In this document: positions 57,933 to 64,000 of the stretch, one piece after another | Numbering within the stretch: position 1 is the stretch's first letter | How the letters are laid out: each line of letters opens with the position of its first letter | Assembly (NCBI GenBank): GCA_964016885.1 | Contig: OZ024750.1 | Location: 52,452,001 to 52,516,000, forward strand | Source of the DNA: Eledone cirrhosa | Taxonomy: Eukaryota | Reading direction: 5' to 3' | DNA length: 64,000 nucleotides | Notes under the pieces: model-generated | The model's input: the letters and a program-made list of their open reading frames with translations, nothing else | Told to the model about the DNA's origin: nothing | Database searches by the model: none | Made by a program: the position numbers and the translations under genes

Positions 57933-59327
57933 TGAAAAGCCCTTCCTCATACATACAAGTCCAAGCAAAATGGATAATAGGTCCAGAGCAGATGTGAAAT
58001 GTAGCCGCCACTCCAACCCCACACAAACTCCTTAAGTGGTCAATAAAGTAAGTATCAGTTAAAAACACTGAAGTTGATACAATCAATTAAAACCCTTAAA
58101 CCCAGTGATTCAATATGGCTGCAGCCAAATGACAGAAACCTGTGTGTGTGTGCATGTGCGCGAGTGATATATATAAACAAATTACACATATTGCTGATAT
58201 TATGGTATGTTATAATTTATTCAAGGTAAAACACCTCCATCAGTATTAACTTAAGAGCATTTACAGTCTTAAATCTCATTTATATTTACTAATCTTTTAA
58301 AGAGACAGAGAGATGTTTTTTGTTTTGTTTTTAATAACTAAGTCAGCTATGTATAGGAAATAAAAACTGATGCATCTCATTCTAATCCGCAGTTGGTAAA
58401 TGTTAAGCTCACATGAGGATATAAAACTGTGTCAGAGTGCTACAGTAGGGTTTTAAATGGTTGTGGCTGATTGGCAAAGTTGTCAGAATCAATAACTACA
58501 ACTACAACAACAATCGTTTTACGGCGTTTTTGGCAGCTAAAGCAGGGATTAGCCTTGTGAGCCCTGTAGTAGGTGTCATGGTCATTGTAGGGTTCTTTTT
58601 GAGGCAATGTTTTACAACCGGATGTCTTTTCTAGCAACTATTTTAGTAGCTCTTTACATCATGCAGGGATATGGTAAATTAATTCTAAGTTGGATACACA
58701 CAGAATGTCATATTTGTTCAGGCTCTTTGCATTTTACGTTAAAATCTTGTTGAGATCTATTTTGTCTTTCATACTTTCAAGATCAATAAAATAAAATGTC
58801 AGATAGGTGTAATGACAACAACGAGCCAATATGATACTCTTAGTCAATGAAAACTGATTAAAACTTGAATGAAAAGCAACTGACACTCAGTACAGTCTTT
58901 TGATTTAGATATGACTAAACATTTTTTATTTAATGGTTGTTAATGTCATTATGGCTTACATCTGAACAAGATAAAGTAATTTACAGAATTATTTGAGCAT
59001 CACATGAGATATATCTGCAGTGTTTGTTACACTCCCACTTTGGCCTACTTGGGTGGTAGACTCAACCCACCACATAGTCCTTAAATCAATCCTTTAGCAG
59101 AGACCACTCTATTGCAAACATTGAGGGCCAGTTTGAGGATAGGTTCCGCTCTTCCATCCACCTGTCTTGGAGGCCCTCAAGTAAACAGGACGATTGTCCC
59201 CCTTGCTTCTGCTGGACACCACCAGGGGGCAATAGCTTCCTGTGTTTTTGCATAGCTACGGCTTTCTAAATATTTATCTATAAACATAACATATTTCTTT
59301 AGAAATACGAAATTCCAATATATATAT

Positions 59328-59666
59328 ATCATCATCATCATCATCATTTTACGTCGGCTTTTCCCTGCTTGCAAGGGTGGGGCGGGAGCTGATTCTGGCT
59401 TGATTTCTACAGCTGGATGCCCTTCCTAACACCAACTTCATTACAGTGAGTGCTGGGTGCTTTTTTTCCGTGGCAGCTACATGACCACTTTGCAGTGGAA
59501 TGATAGGGACCCCAGTCCCTATCATCTCATTTCTACAGCTGAGTAAACTGGAGCAATGTGAAATAAAGTGTCTTACTCAAGGAAACAACACATTACTCGG
59601 TCTGAGAATTGAACTCACAACCTTTCGATTGCAAGACCAATGCTCTAACCAGTAAGCCATGGGCTT

Positions 59667-59669
<3 letters not shown>
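59328..59669 (-). mobile_element. Family-2 SINE
   Basis: Same sequence as 16440-16776; (GAT)n tail. Confidence 0.88.
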
Positions 59670-59727
<58 letters not shown>

Positions 59728-59846
59728 CATACATACACACACACCAACCTTTGTAAGCATGGAAAACAAATGATAAACAAAGAATATATACATATATATA
59801 GACATGTGTTCATATACCATGCCTTCTGTAAAGACCAACGTTAACA

Positions 59847-60045
59847 TTAGGGGTTAAGGTTAGGAGTTAGGGTTTATGGTTAGCGGTAGGGCTAAGGGTT
59901 AGGTTTAGGGTTTAGGATTACAATTTAGAGTTAACATTTTATGTTAAGGATTAAGATTTAGGGTTAACATTTATGGGTTAGGGTTTAAGGTTAGATTTAC
60001 AGTTTAGGTTTTAGGGGGTGGATTAAGGTTTAGGAGTAGGAATTA
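59847..60045 (+). repeat. Degenerate (TTAGGG)-like repeat
   Basis: TTAGGG, TTAAGG and TTTAGG variants. Confidence 0.75.
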
Positions 60046-60265
60046 AGAGACAAAGTGGTCACAGTCAGCAAGTTGTAGTTGTGTTGAAATTTCTCTGCTT
60101 TTGTGGATAATTCATATTTTTAGTGCATTAACGAAAACGACATCAGACTCAAATATGTTTTCAACATTTTCTAGGATGTGGGATTCCCATGACACATTTT
60201 CCTAGAGCAATGTGACAAAACCATTACTAAAACTGGAAAGAAAAAGAAAGGAAAAAGCCATATTT

Positions 60266-63200
60266 GTGATGTGGTATGAGATATGATGTGGTATGAGATA
60301 TGATGAGGTATGAGATATGATGAGGTATCTGATATGATGTGGTATGGGATATGATATGGTATGGGATATGATGAGGTATGAGATATGATGAGGTATCTGA
60401 TATGATGTGGTATCTGATATGATGTGGTATGGGATATGATGTGGTATGGGATATGATGTGGTATGAGATGTGATGAAGAATCAGATATGATGAGGTATGA
60501 GATATGATCTGGTATGGGATATGATGAGGTATGGGATGTGATGTGGTATGGGATGTGATGTGGTATGGGATGTGATGTGGTATGGGATATGATGAGGTAT
60601 GAGATATGATGAAGAATCAGATATGATGAGGTATGAGATATGATGAGGTATGGGATATGATGTGGTATGGGATATGATGTGGTATGGGATATGATGTGGT
60701 ATGAGATATTATGAGGTATGAGATATGATGAGGTATGGGATATGATGTGGTATGGGATATGATATGGTATGGGATATGATGAGGTATGAGATATGATGTG
60801 GTATGGGATATGATGTGGTATGAGATATGATGTGGTATGGGATGTGATGTGGTATGGGATGTGATGTGGTATGAGATATGATGTGGTATGGGATATGATA
60901 GGTATGCGATATGATATGGTATGGGATATGATGTGGTATGAGATATGATGAGGTATGAGATATGATGTGGTATGGGATATGATATGGTATGGGATATGAT
61001 GAGGTATGAGATATGATGTGGTATGGGATATGATGAGGTATGAGATGTGATGTGGTATGGGATATGATGTGGTATGGGATATGATGTGGTATGGGATATG
61101 ATGAGGTATGAGATATGATGAGGTATGGGATGTGATGTGGTATGAGATATGATGTGGTATGAGATATGATGTGGTAAGAGATATGATGAGGTATGAGATA
61201 TGATGTGGTATGAGATGTAATGTGGTATGGGATATGATGTGGTATGAGATAATATGTGGTAAGGGATATGATGTGGTATGAGATATGATGTGGTACGGGA
61301 CATGATGAGGTATGCGATATGTGGTATGGGATATGATGTGGTATGAGATATGATGAGGTATGGGATATGATGTGGTATGAGATAACATGTGGTATGTGAT
61401 ATCATGTGGTATGAGATAATATGTGGTAAGGGATATGATGTGGTATGAGATATGATGTGGTATGAGATATGATGTGGTATGGGATATGATGTGGTATGGG
61501 ATATGATGTGGTATGAGATATAATGTGGTATGGGATATGATGTGGTATGGGATATGATGTGGTATGAGATAATATGTGGTATGGGATATGATGTGGTATG
61601 AGATATGATGTGGTACGGGACATGATGAGGTATGCGATATAATGTGGTATGGGATATGATGTGGTATGAGATATGATGAGGTATGGGATATGATGTGGTA
61701 TGAGATATGATGTGGTATGAGATGTGATGTGGTATGGGATATGATGTGGTATAGGATATGATGAGGTATGAGACATGTGTGGTATGAGATGTGATGTGGT
61801 ATGGGATATGATGTGGTATGAGATATGATGTGGTATTAGATATGATGTCGTATAGGATATGAAGAGGTATGGGATATGATGGTGTATGAGATATGATGAG
61901 GTATGAGATATGATGTGGTATAAGATATGATGTGGTATAAGATATGATGTGGTATGGGATATGATGAGGTATGGGATATGATGAGGTATGAGATTTGATG
62001 AGGTATCAGATATGATGTGGTATGAGATATGATGAGGTATGAGATATGAGGTGGTATAAGATATGATGTGGTATGGGATATGATGAGGTATGGGATATGA
62101 TGTTGTAAGAGATATGATGAGGTATGCGATATGATGAGGTTTGAGATATGATGCAGTATGGGATATGATGAGGTATGAGATATGATGTGGTATGGGATAT
62201 GATGTGGTAAGAGATATGATGTGGTAAGAGATATGATGTAGTATTACATATGATGTGGTATGGGATATGATGTGGTATGAGATATGATGAGGTATGAGAT
62301 ATGATGTGGTATGGGATATGATGAGGTATGAGATATGATGTGGTATTACATATGATGTGGTATGGGATATGATGTGGTATGAAATATGATGTGGTATGGG
62401 ATATTATGAGGTATGTGATATGATGTGGTATGAGATATGATGTGGTATGGGATATGATGAGGTATAGGGTATGATGTGGTATGGGATATGATGTGGTATG
62501 AGATATGATGTGGTATCAGATATGATGAGGTATGAGATATGATCAGGTATCAGATATGATGAGGTATGAGATATGATGATGTATGGATATGATGTGGTAT
62601 GAGATATGATGATGTATGGGATATAATGAGGTATGAGATATGATGTGGCATCACATATGATGTGGTATCAGATATGATGAGGTATCAGATATGATGTGGT
62701 ATCAGATATGATGTGGCATCACATATGATGTGGTATCAGATATGATGTGGCATCACATATGATGTGGTATCAGATATGATGAGGTATGAGATATGATGTG
62801 GTATCAGATATCATGTAGTATGAGATATGATGAGGTATGGGATATGATGTTGTAAGAGATATGATGAGGTATGCGATATGATGAGGTTTGAGATATGATG
62901 TAGTATGGGATATGATGAGGTATGAGATATGATGTGGTATGGGATATGATGTGGTAAGAGATATGATGTGGTAAGAGATATGATGTGGTATTACATATGA
63001 TGTGGTATGGGATATGATGTGGTATGGGATATGATGTGGTAAGAGATATGATGTGGTAAGAGATATGATGTGGTATTACATATGATGTGGTATGGGATAT
63101 GATGTGGTATGGGATATGATGTGGTAAGAGATATGATGTGGTAAGAGATATGATGTGGTATTACATATAATGTGGTATGGGATATGATGTGGTATGAGAT

Positions 63201-64000
63201 ATGATGAGGTATGAGATATGATGTGGTATGGGATATGATGTTGTAAGAGATATGATGAGGTATGAGATATGATGTATGGGATATGATGAGGTGTGAGATA
63301 TGATGTGGTATGGGATATGATGTGGTATGGGATATGATGTGGTATGTGATATTATGAGGTATGTGATATGATGTGGTATGAGATATGATGTGGTATGGGA
63401 TATGATGAGTTATGGGATATGATGTTGTAAGAGATATGATGAGGTTTGAGATATGATGTAGTATGGGATATGATGAGGTATGAGATATGATGTGGTATGG
63501 GATATGATGTGGTATGAAATATGATGTGGTATGGGATATGATGAGTTATGGGATATGATATTGTAAGAGATATGATGAGGTATGAGATATGATGTGGTAT
63601 GAGATATGATGTGGTATGAGATATGATGAGGTATGAGATATGATGAGGTATAGGGTATGATGTGGTATGAGATATGATGAGGTATGAGATATGATGTGGT
63701 ATGAGATATGATGTGGTATGAGATATGATGAGGTATAGGGCATGATGTGGTATGAGATATGATGAGGTATGAGATATGATGAGGTATGGGATATGATGTG
63801 GTATCAGATATGATGTGGTATGGGATATGATGAGGTATGAGATATGATCAGGTATGAGATATGATGAGGTATGAGATATGATGAGGTATGGGATATGATG
63901 TGGTATCAGATATGATGTGGTATGGGATATGATGAGGTATGGATATGATGTGGTATGAGATATGATGATGTATGGGATATAATGAGGTATGAGATATGAT
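60266..64000. repeat. 17-bp satellite GATATGATG(T/A)GGTATG(A/G)
   Basis: Period 17; runs off the window end. Confidence 0.98.

Noticed and set aside
58807-58886. Box C/D snoRNA-like segment
   Set aside because: The C box is imperfect and no rRNA guide could be identified by eye.
60171-63743. His-rich ORFs resembling histidine-rich beak proteins
   Set aside because: The 17-bp period is not a multiple of 3 and all frames cycle, so this is a satellite artefact.

Overview
AT-rich, repeat-saturated animal genomic DNA. The mix of RTE LINEs with (GAT)n tails, tRNA-derived SINEs and huge (TA)n/(TACA)n fields most resembles an octopus or other coleoid cephalopod (inference, no search run). One protein-coding gene can be rebuilt by hand on the minus strand: an LRMDA/C10orf11 orthologue. 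It has six phase-consistent exons (43087-43187, 41019-41145, 39983-40122, 19792-19918, 17438-17501, 10675-10754) plus a probable first coding exon at 47761-47829, about 235 aa in total. Intron 40123-41018 is a clear U12 (minor spliceosome) intron, and the intron after the putative first exon may be a non-canonical AT-AG type. The rest of the window is transposon debris (RTE, Dong/R4, Penelope-like, Helitron, MITEs, two SINE families) and satellites. The most interesting non-coding items are: Penelope-type minimal hammerhead ribozyme motifs on small islands inside the (TA)n fields of the 20-kb intron, including a ~290-bp palindrome with a U3-A8 compensatory-variant hammerhead in each arm; a 3.2-kb satellite apparently born from a LINE-tail/SINE junction; and a 33-bp array grown from a hairpin inside an inverted-repeat-bounded element. 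Nearly all long ORFs in the supplied track are microsatellite artefacts or LINE (anti)sense frames.
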